DNA of 54,684 bases from a virus. Lineage: Duplodnaviria; Caudoviricetes. Below are positions 38,539-47,837 of the stretch, in pieces. Below the pieces are notes generated by a model. That model was not told where the DNA came from, ran no database searches, and saw only the letters and a program-made list of their open reading frames with translations. The stretch covers positions 1-54,684 of IMG/VR virus record IMGVR_UViG_3300036791_000093, one strand, 5' to 3'. Positions within the stretch are counted from its first letter, which is position 1. Each line of letters starts with the position of its first letter. The position numbers were made by a program, and so were the translations under genes.

Positions 38539-38882
38539 TTCGATGAAGTTGAAGCCTTCGTTGTAGTGTCAGCGGTTGCGTCAGGCGGATTTTGCGTGAC
38601 AGTCGGCTCGGCTGTCGAAGCTTCGCCACCCGACTCTGACATGATCTTCTGGTACTCATCAGGAGACAGCTCACCGCTCTGTACCTGACCAAGCAGACCA
38701 CGGAAGTAGTCATTGGGTGCGTCGCTCGTGTCTGGGAACTTGGATTCACGGACAACACCATTATCGATCATCTGTTGCCAAGTGCTGTCGTCCACGTTGA
38801 TCGTGCCCTGATCGACTTCCTCACCCACGTTGACCGTGACATCACCAGTGGTGATGTTAGACCATGCGTAATACTTTGCCAT
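38535..38882 (-). CDS. Hypothetical head-associated protein
   Basis: AGGAGGTGA RBS; follows the capsid gene. Confidence 0.7.
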   Translation of the reverse strand: MAKYYAWSNITTGDVTVNVGEEVDQGTINVDDSTWQQMIDNGVVRESKFPDTSDAPNDYFRGLLGQVQSGELSPDEYQKIMSESGGEASTAEPTVTQNPPDATADTTTKASTSSK

Positions 38883-38897
38883 TTCTAACTCACCTCC

Positions 38898-39923
38898 TTA
38901 GAATGCCGTCGGGCTAAACGCCGTCTTAATCAGGTAACCAGCAGACGAAGCCACGACCTTCAGGTCATACTTGAAGTTGGAGCGAACGAGATCAGCCTTG
39001 CGAGGCTCTTCACGCCACCGCTCAGTCGGGCGAGTCGTGCCATCCGGGTAAACCTCGGCAAACGTCTTGCCGAAGGTCATCGTGTTCTGACCCGGAACCG
39101 GATCGACGATGCCGATCCAAACGTCCTTGCCCCAGAAGGAAGTCATCGCGACTGTGGAATCACGGTTGTTCGCTGCGTTGTAGACGGAATCGAGAAGAAG
39201 GATTTGACCCTGGAAACCAGTGAGGATCTGGAATGCGCCAGGAATGCTGAGGTTGAAGTTCTTGAAACGATCGACCACGCGGGGATGATTCTCGATGTAT
39301 GAGATTCCGAGAGTTGGGATAGCAAGCGTGTTAGGCCAACGCAGCGTGACTGCGTAAATAGCACGCATGGCCTTCAAGATGTCGTTGACTGGATCAGATG
39401 TGATTGTCGAGACGATGCCGGGTGTACCATACGTGATGTTGTCCCACTGTGATGCACCTGAAAGTGTGACTGTGTTTCCAGCTGGGTAGTTTGCGACGTT
39501 CCTGATGAGTCCAGAAACCTTGAACTCGTGATTGATGAAGATGCTGCGAATTGCCTTGGCAACAGCATCCTGCTCAGGATCGAGTTGCAGAGCACCACCG
39601 AACACTGGATCAGCAAGACCACCTTGCGAGTACAACTGCTGACGCTCTTCATCGAAGATCGGGACTTGCAACGAATGCTCGTGAGTCTGGAAGTTGTCCG
39701 TAGACCACTTAGCACCAGTAACCTCATGAGCCACCGCTCCCGGCTCGCGACGATCTTCCGAGAGAGTCCAGTCGCTGCGGTCGAACACACGGTACAGACC
39801 CGACTGAGTTCTGACTGGTGTTTCCGGCATGATCTGAATCCCGTAGTAGGTTTGGACTTTTGGGAGACTGACCGAAAGATTCGTCAGAACCGGATCGATA
39901 TAAAGTAGGGAAGGATCGTACAT
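38898..39923 (-). CDS. Major capsid protein
   Basis: IDPVLTNLSV, R.PGA.A, DPVNDI, PNTLAI, TFGKTF, AGYLI; size and position. Confidence 0.88.
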   Translation of the reverse strand: MYDPSLLYIDPVLTNLSVSLPKVQTYYGIQIMPETPVRTQSGLYRVFDRSDWTLSEDRREPGAVAHEVTGAKWSTDNFQTHEHSLQVPIFDEERQQLYSQGGLADPVFGGALQLDPEQDAVAKAIRSIFINHEFKVSGLIRNVANYPAGNTVTLSGASQWDNITYGTPGIVSTITSDPVNDILKAMRAIYAVTLRWPNTLAIPTLGISYIENHPRVVDRFKNFNLSIPGAFQILTGFQGQILLLDSVYNAANNRDSTVAMTSFWGKDVWIGIVDPVPGQNTMTFGKTFAEVYPDGTTRPTERWREEPRKADLVRSNFKYDLKVVASSAGYLIKTAFSPTAF

Positions 39924-39940
39924 CTAGTTTCACCCCCTTT

Positions 39941-40330
39941 CTAGGCGAGCATTCCTACGGGCTCGATGAGCAGGCTGATGCGATCACCTGCATTAGTTGA
40001 TGGATGTCCTACGCACTTACCCACGATGCGCTTGCCAGACGCGGCCACGTAAGCACTCACGCGACCATCGACTTCGAGCGTGACCATGTTGCCCACCGCA
40101 ATAGGCCCAACTGCAACGGCCTCGGTGACACCATGAACACGACAAGAACAACCCTTGCCTCGTGGAATTTCCGAAGCAAGTAGGCCGAACTGAGAGAACC
40201 CTGCGATGACATCAGCGATAGTCGTGACAGCCGTAACCTGCTCAGGTGCGGAATACTTCACCGCATAGAACTGTGTCAACGGTGTCGCGCTATCCATACC
40301 GATGTCGAGAAGGAAGTTACCCCATGCCAT
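39941..40330 (-). CDS. Capsid decoration/cement protein
   Basis: GVTEAVAVGPIAVG..V...DGRV, GD.I; between protease and capsid genes. Confidence 0.8.
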   Translation of the reverse strand: MAWGNFLLDIGMDSATPLTQFYAVKYSAPEQVTAVTTIADVIAGFSQFGLLASEIPRGKGCSCRVHGVTEAVAVGPIAVGNMVTLEVDGRVSAYVAASGKRIVGKCVGHPSTNAGDRISLLIEPVGMLA

Positions 40331-40344
40331 GTTATGTCACCTCC

Positions 40345-42042
40345 TTAAGCGGGAGCAGGAACGCGGTATGCGGCCGCGATGTCGGGATAAAGCTCGGCTG
40401 TCTTGGCAATAGCATCTTGGTAACTCATGTCAGGATTGTCACGCTGCGTCTCTGCGATTTTCTCGGCAAACAACTTGCGAACGCTAGAAATGCCAGCAGC
40501 GTTACTAACGTCCAGGTCTTGCATCTCACGCACGCGAGAACTTCCGTTCTCACCATATGCGACTGTTCCGCCCTGTGTGATGGTCTTGACCACTTCCTCG
40601 AAGTCCGCGAGAGTAGCAATACCTTCCGCGAACTTGATGTGAACCTCTGTGATCTTGTCCATCGCGAGAGCACTCAGTCCCACACCCGTAGGCACGAACT
40701 TGTCACCTTCCGGCTTGGTGAAGTGTGAGACAGACTCGGAGAACGCGCGAGCACGACCGTTACGGTCACGCTGCATCAGCTCTTGATGTTCCCTCCAATA
40801 GCTAGGAAACTTCTCCGCAAACTGCTTCTCTTCCGCAGAAGCGTTGACAGCCCTGCGAAGCTCTGTCATCTCACTGAACAGCGTTGTGACAGTCTCCTTC
40901 ACCTTGTCAGGCGGGACACTGAGCAGCTCAGCAAGCTCATCATCCAGAGTTGTCTGATCGCCGTTCTCGGTTGCATCAGGTGGCACTTGTGAATCACCTC
41001 CTTGACTATTAGTATCCGGGCCAGTAGTCGGAATCTTCACTGATGGATTCGGTAGAGGATCACGACGCCAGCCTTGCTGAATCGCTGGATCATCTGAGCC
41101 ATCCTCGAAAGTACGCGGAGCAGGAGGACTACCAGTTCCAGGTTCAGCATGTTCCTTCTCTTTGGTTTCACCGGTGATCTCATATCCACGTTCGGTCAGA
41201 AGATCGAATGCGATTTGGACTGATTCATCTTCACTCATGCTCTGCGACTTCGCTCCGAGAAGTTTGCGTGCTCTGGCTTGAAGACTGGCTTTGAGTGAGT
41301 CACTGACTCCCGACATCTGAGGGATACGTGCTATGGCATTCCTGAGATGAGGAAGATCAATCTTGCCGGAAGAATCCTTGTACGGAAGATGGCGAAGAGT
41401 ACGTGGTGTGGTTTTACCGCTACTGTCCTTACTTCCGCCGGACTCGACATATAGAAACGCGGAGTCAGGCAGACCATTGACGAATGCGGTACTCCACACA
41501 GCAAACTCGCGTTTGGTATCGTCGTCAAGCTCTTGCCATAACGCTTCCGAGAAATTGATCGGCATGGTACGCTTAGCGACTGGCCGGTTCGTAAGGCCAC
41601 CACCCAGAATGACATCGGGAACCATCTCACCCGAGTCCGTGACGTATTCATCATCCCATTCCAGTGACCAGTACTTCCACTTTCCTTCCTGGATTTCTTT
41701 CTTCGCTTCGTCTGTGAATGCTACATTTGCGAAGAGAGACTGTTGCTCAGGATCATCACTAGACGGACGAATCTCGAATCCTCTGTACCAGCCGCTAGCA
41801 CCCAATCCCTTGGCAGGATCACGTCCATGCTCAAAGTCTGTTGCGATGTCTTGTCCTCGAACTCTGTTTGTGAAGTTTGCGATGAACCGTTCGAGTTTAT
41901 CGACGGTAACCGGAATCTCCCCATACTGCGGTGTGGTGTAAACACGCGCAGGTAGGGCTTCGATCCAGACTTCACCAGCGTCACCAGTATCAGAACTGGA
42001 AACCAACTCTGGTGAGACTTCTGCTACTGCTGTTTCGAGCAT
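40345..42042 (-). CDS. Mu-like prohead protease/scaffold with inserted small domain
   Basis: DFEH, ASGW, FTDEAK..I..G.WKYWS.E, GGGLTNRP; insert NGLPDSAF...RHLPY...HLRNAIAR; helical scaffold C-terminus. Confidence 0.85.
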   Translation of the reverse strand: MLETAVAEVSPELVSSSDTGDAGEVWIEALPARVYTTPQYGEIPVTVDKLERFIANFTNRVRGQDIATDFEHGRDPAKGLGASGWYRGFEIRPSSDDPEQQSLFANVAFTDEAKKEIQEGKWKYWSLEWDDEYVTDSGEMVPDVILGGGLTNRPVAKRTMPINFSEALWQELDDDTKREFAVWSTAFVNGLPDSAFLYVESGGSKDSSGKTTPRTLRHLPYKDSSGKIDLPHLRNAIARIPQMSGVSDSLKASLQARARKLLGAKSQSMSEDESVQIAFDLLTERGYEITGETKEKEHAEPGTGSPPAPRTFEDGSDDPAIQQGWRRDPLPNPSVKIPTTGPDTNSQGGDSQVPPDATENGDQTTLDDELAELLSVPPDKVKETVTTLFSEMTELRRAVNASAEEKQFAEKFPSYWREHQELMQRDRNGRARAFSESVSHFTKPEGDKFVPTGVGLSALAMDKITEVHIKFAEGIATLADFEEVVKTITQGGTVAYGENGSSRVREMQDLDVSNAAGISSVRKLFAEKIAETQRDNPDMSYQDAIAKTAELYPDIAAAYRVPAPA

Positions 42043-42064
42043 CGATCACCACCTACTTGTGCTA

Positions 42065-43663
42065 CTAGGCTGAGCTGGTTGGTTTTGGAACGTTCCCACT
42101 ACCAGCTCCCTTTGTGATTGCTACGTTACCTTTCTGGCTTTGTCCGTTACCAGGTGTGGTTGGTGGTGGTGGCGCAGTAGTGCTAACCGTAGCGGGCGGT
42201 GGGGCACCTGCGCCGCCACCTGTGTAAGTACCCTGTAGCAAGATTTGCTCACGTGTCGGGTATTGGTAGGGTTCAGCGTTGGGATTCTTGTCGGGCATGT
42301 CGAACACGCTACGAATCCAGTTCTCAGTCTCAAGATCCATCGAGATGGCATCTTGAGCAACTAGACTCGAAAGTGCCGAACCAATCATCTGAAGGTCTTT
42401 GGTTTCACCGATGTTCCTGACTTTCAAAATGGGGAAATTTGTCGTCGGATAGTTCCAAACAACCAGTTCTGGAATCAGATACATGTTCACCACGTCTGCG
42501 ATGTAATTCGCGATGTACCTGAGAGCCTTCATAAAGATGTCCGCTTGGACACCACCTGTGGCTCGACTACCGGACGATCCTTGCAAACCTAGAGCCATGA
42601 ACTCAGCCATGACATTCAGGAGAATCATGGTGTTGTGGTGTGCGGCACTTTCGAGCGCATTCACCAGATTACCATGAATCTCCGCAAAATCGACTGTGAT
42701 ATTCGGTGTGGTAATGAAGAATGATTCTTCGTTGGTTCTCAAGTTACGCAGCATAGTCCTCAGTGATTCTTTATCTTCTGCTGTAGCTGCTGGGCCAAGT
42801 GCTCCATGTGGAATACCTAGACTGTGCCGTTCTTTTTGGATAGCATCGATCTTGTAGAAGTGTGTTTTGTAGTACCAGTGTGCATATGCTGTCCTAAGCA
42901 GCGAACGACCCGTAAGATCGCCTCCACGCCGGCTAAACGTGAAAATCATGATCTTAGCGATATCCAACTGGACTTGTTCCACTGACAAATCAGCTCTGAT
43001 GGCTTGTTGGGTTATATTCTGTGGGCCACCGTTGTCATCGTATGTAATTAGGCTGAGTGTGCTTGGAGGCCGTACACCAAGCTTCTTAAGCATGGTGTAC
43101 TGCTTCGTATTACGTGCCTTACCTTTCGGCGTCCATTCCCGAAGTTCGTAAACTTTCTCCAACACGCTATAACCATCTTCAAAGAAGTGCAACACGTCCT
43201 CAAGACTGTTAAGAAAAGGTGCCGCCATGCCTTCAAACAGGTTTGCGCAGATGAAATCGCTCACTTCTTGGTTGATTGGTTGGTCATCATAAGGCTCTAC
43301 ATAGAAGTCTGCACCCAAGATTGGAGTCTTTTGCACACGCATCGATACATCAACCGCTGCATCGTTCATCATCTTTGCGTATGTTAGTGTGCGCTGGTAT
43401 GGTGAAACTAGGTCTGGTACCAGCTCGATGATTCTAATCGGCTGTGACGAACCCGTTTCTTGGTTGAGCGACGGCTGTGCAATACTTGGATCGTTAACTT
43501 GACCCGATGTGTAGCTTGTCCCTGTTTGCGCTTTCCGTGGTGGAGTCGCGCCCCCCTTTTCCAACCCCTGCACAGGTGCCGGGGGCGCGTCGGTAGGCGT
43601 AGTAGTGTTAGACGCGATGGGCGCGGTACCTGGCTTAGACCGTCTGCGTGGCAAGAGTGGCAT
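42065..43663 (-). CDS. Portal protein (DUF935/Mu gp29-like)
   Basis: GYSVLEKVY, GRSLLR.AY..WYYK, ERHSLGIP, GSRATG, LIPELVVWNY. Confidence 0.9.
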   Translation of the reverse strand: MPLLPRRRSKPGTAPIASNTTTPTDAPPAPVQGLEKGGATPPRKAQTGTSYTSGQVNDPSIAQPSLNQETGSSQPIRIIELVPDLVSPYQRTLTYAKMMNDAAVDVSMRVQKTPILGADFYVEPYDDQPINQEVSDFICANLFEGMAAPFLNSLEDVLHFFEDGYSVLEKVYELREWTPKGKARNTKQYTMLKKLGVRPPSTLSLITYDDNGGPQNITQQAIRADLSVEQVQLDIAKIMIFTFSRRGGDLTGRSLLRTAYAHWYYKTHFYKIDAIQKERHSLGIPHGALGPAATAEDKESLRTMLRNLRTNEESFFITTPNITVDFAEIHGNLVNALESAAHHNTMILLNVMAEFMALGLQGSSGSRATGGVQADIFMKALRYIANYIADVVNMYLIPELVVWNYPTTNFPILKVRNIGETKDLQMIGSALSSLVAQDAISMDLETENWIRSVFDMPDKNPNAEPYQYPTREQILLQGTYTGGGAGAPPPATVSTTAPPPPTTPGNGQSQKGNVAITKGAGSGNVPKPTSSA

Positions 43664-45129
43664 TAGAGCCTTATCAACTCATCGAGTGTTATGTTGTTGT
43701 GCAACGTGAAGAAATCCTCACTCTCACTACCCTTGTAATTGGCACCGTAAACATCGCTAAGGTGCATCCCTGCACCATTTACGAAGTACGGGCCAATGAA
43801 GTAGCGGAGCGCATCCACCGCATGATCGTCAACCTTATGTTGAATATTGCCGTCCGCAGTCAATTCTTGCAGGTCGGATCTACGCGCCACTCGTCCTTGT
43901 TCCTTAACATGAAGCTTTGGCATCTGCCTAATCAAATTAGTGCAACTAGGATTGACGAGCAGCTTGGCTGGCATCGACTTGAGCATACGCTTCATTTGCT
44001 CGATCGCCAGTTTCCATCGCACGTCCTCCTGCGCTACGTAACCGATCGTGAGTGCGAGAGTTGATGCCTCATCTGCACCACGCGGATCGCCCCACATGCC
44101 ATCAACATGATAGCCATCTGGATTTTCGCGATCACGCAGGTAGATGCCGTGTTCGTGTGTACTCAAGCCAGACTTATAGTATTCCCGCCACACGTAGACA
44201 AAGGGGTTGTTGACATCTGCGGGATCGGGTATGACTTGTACGTCAAGGCATACGAAAGGATTAACAAATCCGTAGTCAAATGCAAGGAAGTTTGGGTACT
44301 GCGGCTCGAAGGGATGATGGACAATGTGGACATTATCCTCCCACTCCTCGAAGATGGTGCCAGTCATCGTTGTGAACTTGGCACCATATTCCTGGTCGAA
44401 CCATCTCTTGCTCGCCACACGCTTTACACGTTGAATCTCAGGGTCGTTGTACCCGCCAGGAAAACGTACCGTATTCTCCCACGTGGGGAAGTTCCACGAC
44501 TGGTACAGTGTCTTACCGCCAGGAGTCAAATTGCTGAGATTAGCATCCTGGCCCAGCATGTACATGCCGTGATACCAGTTGTATCCCTGCGGCGTACTTG
44601 GGAAGTCACATGAGCCGCGCAGGTCGCTCAGCGCCGGCTCTACAAACTGTTCCCATGTAGCTCTGTTGTGCCTCGCCGCCTCGCTCATACATGCGTGACT
44701 GAGCGCTTCTCCAAGCAAGGCATCAGGCTTATCAGCAGACACCACTTCAATGTGGGCATTCCAGGGTGTGATGATGTACATGTCACCCTGGTGAGCTGAG
44801 TAGCCCTTCTTGCAATACTTGAGGATTCCAAGTTTCTGGAAGTCCTGCCAAACAACGCGGAACTCTTTCTCACCTAGCTTGTACGTTGGCCCGATGATCC
44901 AGTTCCACGTATCTGTCTTAAATGCTTTGAGTCCCATGCGATGGCCCGCCGGCAATGATTTGCCATATCGCCTACCGCAGCATGGGATGCTGAACCTAGC
45001 CTTAGAGAACAGGTATTCATTCTGACCTGGTGAGTGAGGCGCGAACCCGATCTTGGAGTAATACTGATCCGCTGGAATACCAGGTTCCAGATTCGGGTCT
45101 GGCCTCCCTACGTTAGTTGTTAAGGACAT
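43663..45129 (-). CDS. terL: Terminase large subunit
   Basis: CGRRYGKS, SEAA, STPQGYNW, QEYGAKF, AFDYGF, DDHAVDALRY. Confidence 0.95.
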   Translation of the reverse strand: MSLTTNVGRPDPNLEPGIPADQYYSKIGFAPHSPGQNEYLFSKARFSIPCCGRRYGKSLPAGHRMGLKAFKTDTWNWIIGPTYKLGEKEFRVVWQDFQKLGILKYCKKGYSAHQGDMYIITPWNAHIEVVSADKPDALLGEALSHACMSEAARHNRATWEQFVEPALSDLRGSCDFPSTPQGYNWYHGMYMLGQDANLSNLTPGGKTLYQSWNFPTWENTVRFPGGYNDPEIQRVKRVASKRWFDQEYGAKFTTMTGTIFEEWEDNVHIVHHPFEPQYPNFLAFDYGFVNPFVCLDVQVIPDPADVNNPFVYVWREYYKSGLSTHEHGIYLRDRENPDGYHVDGMWGDPRGADEASTLALTIGYVAQEDVRWKLAIEQMKRMLKSMPAKLLVNPSCTNLIRQMPKLHVKEQGRVARRSDLQELTADGNIQHKVDDHAVDALRYFIGPYFVNGAGMHLSDVYGANYKGSESEDFFTLHNNITLDELIRL

Positions 45130-45589
45130 AATCAGAGCGAGGAAAGTTCAGACGTGCATACTCCCCAAAGCATTCTATTGCTGCTCTGTCATATGCTCTA
45201 GCGGCATCTTCCTCATTGTCATAGCGACCAAGAAAAATCTTTTTGTAATCTTTCTTAATTTCCGCTTGCCATTTGTTCTTGGTTTTTTGCCAGCATACAC
45301 CCTTGAATCTCGATGTACGCCGGCCCGCTATCTTTCTTTTGTTGGCATTGTTAAGTGTTCTGGTTGCAGCTCTGACATTTTCATTCTGCATGTTGAGAGG
45401 ATCGAGGTCCTTGTGATCCCATTCTCCACCATTCGGAGCCCTGCCAAACAAGAACACATGCATCTCCATCACGCCATTGGTTGGATAGCCAGTGCGATTG
45501 AGATACCAGTTTGATCTCATAGCCAAATCGTACTTGTCATCGCTGACAAGCACAACTTTATCTGAATTATTAAGAGGTACTGTTTTCAT
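45113..45589 (-). CDS. HNH-AP2 homing endonuclease between terS and terL
   Basis: WDHKDLDPLNMQNENVR; TSRFKGV.W..NKWQAEI...LGRY..EEDAARAYDRAA...FGEYARLNFP. Confidence 0.9.
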   Translation of the reverse strand: MKTVPLNNSDKVVLVSDDKYDLAMRSNWYLNRTGYPTNGVMEMHVFLFGRAPNGGEWDHKDLDPLNMQNENVRAATRTLNNANKRKIAGRRTSRFKGVCWQKTKNKWQAEIKKDYKKIFLGRYDNEEDAARAYDRAAIECFGEYARLNFPRSDYVLNN

Positions 45590-46052
45590 TTTTAAATTGT
45601 TGGAGTTCCTCATGGGTGTAAGTATTACCGGACTGCTTATCGGGTGCAGGCTCGGGTGTGGTTTCAAACAAGCCATTAATCAGATCGCGGATGGGATCGC
45701 CCTCGAAACGTCCTTCCTCGAAGGCTTCCTTGAGTACTGTGGTTGAGGCTCGCAATCTGATCGATTCACTATCGCTGTTCTGAGCAAGCCACACAATCTG
45801 GAGTGCAGCTTCCTCAGCATGTGTACGGAACAAATCTCGTGCGGCTTTCTCCACGTCCTGCGGTCGCCGCTTTTCCTCAGCTTCCTTGGCTTGTGCCTCA
45901 GCGAACTCTTCCCTGAGAGCTGCGGCGTACTCCTTAAGTGCGCTTTGCGCCATTTCCTCGGTAAGGCTGTCATCTGGGCTAACGGGGGTTTGCGGCGTGG
46001 GTGGGGTTTCTGCATCTGGATCGGGTACGTGAGTATGTGGCTCGTCGGCCAT
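45570..46052 (-). CDS. terS: Putative terminase small subunit
   Basis: Helical protein upstream of terL; SESIRLRASTTVL; ATG at 46052. Confidence 0.6.
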   Translation of the reverse strand: MADEPHTHVPDPDAETPPTPQTPVSPDDSLTEEMAQSALKEYAAALREEFAEAQAKEAEEKRRPQDVEKAARDLFRTHAEEAALQIVWLAQNSDSESIRLRASTTVLKEAFEEGRFEGDPIRDLINGLFETTPEPAPDKQSGNTYTHEELQQFKNENSTS

Positions 46053-46068
46053 GCGTGGAAGTATAGCA
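46053..46068 (-). promoter_or_regulatory. Extended -10 promoter giving a leaderless terS mRNA
   Basis: Minus strand TGC-TATACT-7 nt-ATG with no SD sequence. Confidence 0.6.
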
Positions 46069-46116
46069 ACGTTACTCGGTGGCACGGCTGGACACAGGGA
46101 TATCGCAGGAATGAGG

Positions 46117-46134
46117 TCAGATTATATAATCTGA
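46117..46134. promoter_or_regulatory. Perfect 18-bp palindrome TCAGATTATATAATCTGA
   Basis: Read directly; upstream of the late operon. Confidence 0.7.
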
Positions 46135-46190
46135 TGTAGGCTCGTTTTGGTGATTCGGTACACCCAAGACGATAGCGCATCATGTATAAA

Positions 46191-46230
46191 AAAATGGCTG
46201 AAAACAATGCTTTTCGTTTTCAGCCATTTT
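46191..46230. repeat. 15-bp perfect inverted repeat
   Basis: AAAATGGCTGAAAAC-10 nt-GTTTTCAGCCATTTT. Confidence 0.85.
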
Positions 46231-46276
46231 ACATTGGTGAGTGACTCATTTCTGAGTCACTCACCATTCCAGTGTC

Positions 46277-47353
46277 CTAGTTCACATCGCCCACGTAGCC
46301 CACTACTGCGGCCATGCGCGCGACGTCCGGTGTTGCGAGTGCGGCTAGCCTTGCCTCGCTCACCTTGCTCACTGTGCTCACCTTGCTCACGTGAGTAGCC
46401 TCGCTCGTGTCCTCCACGGGCGCATCGTTGCGCGTCACGTAGTCACTCACGCGCCACAGTGTGCGCGTGTACTGCCTCGCTCCGTACCTCGTGCCAGCGC
46501 TCACGCGCGGCGTGTAGACCGTGAGGCTTGCCAGTGTCGGAGTCTTTCTCACGAGCGCGATTACACGCGCGTAGTCCTCGTGCGTAGCGTCCGGGTGAGT
46601 GCCAGTTCCCACTACGTTTAGCGGCGCGAGTAGGTCTACAGGGCCGTGTGCGTCGCGCACGCTGACCCGCTCGTTTAGACCCTTCACTCCACGGATTCCA
46701 GTAGCCCCGCGCGGTGAGACACGAGCCTCACGCGCGTTGACCATGCCGCGCCACGGCGCGGGATCGTAGCCCTCACGCGGTGAGTCTGACGTGAGTACCG
46801 CTCCCGATTCCATCGCGCGTGCCATAGCAGCGGCTACGCGCCTGCCTCGCGGCGTCAGTCCTTCCACGCGGTCTAGTTCCGCCACGCGCTCACGTGACGC
46901 TACATCACGCACGATTGCCACGAGATACCGCGCGTCACGGTTCAGTAGTGAGCGCGTCACGTTGTACGTGTGTGCCTCACGCGCGAGTGTGTCGGGACGA
47001 TTGAGTAGCGCGTCAGTAGCGGCGCTCACGTGCTCCCCCCAGTAGCCCTGTAGACCAGACTTGCGCGTGAGCATGCCGCACGTGTGATTCCAGCGTGCCG
47101 CGTGCCTTGCCTCACTCACGCGGCGCGCCTCACTCGCGAGTGTGTCTACGCTCACGTGTGCCGCGTAGCTCACGTCCGGCCGTGTGTCAGTGTGATTCGC
47201 CGCGAGGCATGCCGCGTGCGCCTCGTTGTACTCGCGCGCCATCCGTGCCGTGTACCGCTTGGCTAGTGCCAATCGTGCCGCATGATGCGCCATTGCGCGT
47301 TGCCGTAGCGCCGCTACGTTCCGCGCGATTTCCTCTCTCGTGTACGTGTTCAT
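46277..47353 (-). CDS. Orphan Ala/Arg-rich protein with no Phe, encoded in a TT-depleted strand
   Basis: 358-codon ORF, GAAAGGA RBS 7 nt before ATG, TGC-TACTCT upstream. Confidence 0.75.
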   Translation of the reverse strand: MNTYTREEIARNVAALRQRAMAHHAARLALAKRYTARMAREYNEAHAACLAANHTDTRPDVSYAAHVSVDTLASEARRVSEARHAARWNHTCGMLTRKSGLQGYWGEHVSAATDALLNRPDTLAREAHTYNVTRSLLNRDARYLVAIVRDVASRERVAELDRVEGLTPRGRRVAAAMARAMESGAVLTSDSPREGYDPAPWRGMVNAREARVSPRGATGIRGVKGLNERVSVRDAHGPVDLLAPLNVVGTGTHPDATHEDYARVIALVRKTPTLASLTVYTPRVSAGTRYGARQYTRTLWRVSDYVTRNDAPVEDTSEATHVSKVSTVSKVSEARLAALATPDVARMAAVVGYVGDVN

Positions 47354-47458
47354 GGGTGAGTCCTTTCGGGTGAGTGTGACGCGCGCCTCATGCGCGCACC
47401 CCCAGAGTAGCAGCGGCGCGCGGTTGCACGTGTCCCTACCCCTAGAGTACGCATAGCT

Positions 47459-47704
47459 TGGCTGAAATGTTAGGACTGTCCTTACATCTCAGCTTGGCTG
47501 GCTGGCACCGTGTCTCTCGTGAGGCACGGTGCCTCACACGGCACACGGCACACGTGAGGCACACGACACGTTTAGGTGTCGTGTCACACTTGTGTGTCAC
47601 GACTCAGATATGGGTCGTGTCACTTTTCTGTGACATGACCCAGATATGGGTCGTGTGACTTATCTGTCACCACACACTTTCCTTACATTTCAGGAAAGTG
47701 GTGG
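47459..47704. repeat. Cluster of short palindromes and direct repeats
   Basis: GGCACCGTGTCTC/GAGGCACGGTGCC; ACACGACAC/GTGTCGTGT; CAGATATGGGTCGTGT twice; CACTTTCC/GGAAAGTG. Confidence 0.8.
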
Positions 47705-47722
47705 CTACAGTGTGAGAGATGG

Positions 47723-47778
47723 CGCAAGTCAGCAAGTCAGCAAATTCGCAAGTCAGCAAGTGTACAAATTCGCAATTT
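47723..47778 (+). repeat. Seven tandem degenerate 8-mers (consensus (A/C)GCAA(G/A)T(C/T))
   Basis: cgcaagtc agcaagtc agcaaatt cgcaagtc agcaagtg tacaaatt cgcaattt. Confidence 0.85.
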
Positions 47779-47837
47779 GCTAACTTTTCAGATCGCGCGC
47801 CTGCTTTAATAAAAACAGCACAGGACGGGGGAATCAA

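Noticed and set aside
46208-47694. UV thymine-dimer avoidance or Lsr2/H-NS evasion as the cause of the AA desert
   Set aside because: The template (+) strand retains many TT, so duplex AA/TT steps persist; strand-symmetric explanations do not fit.
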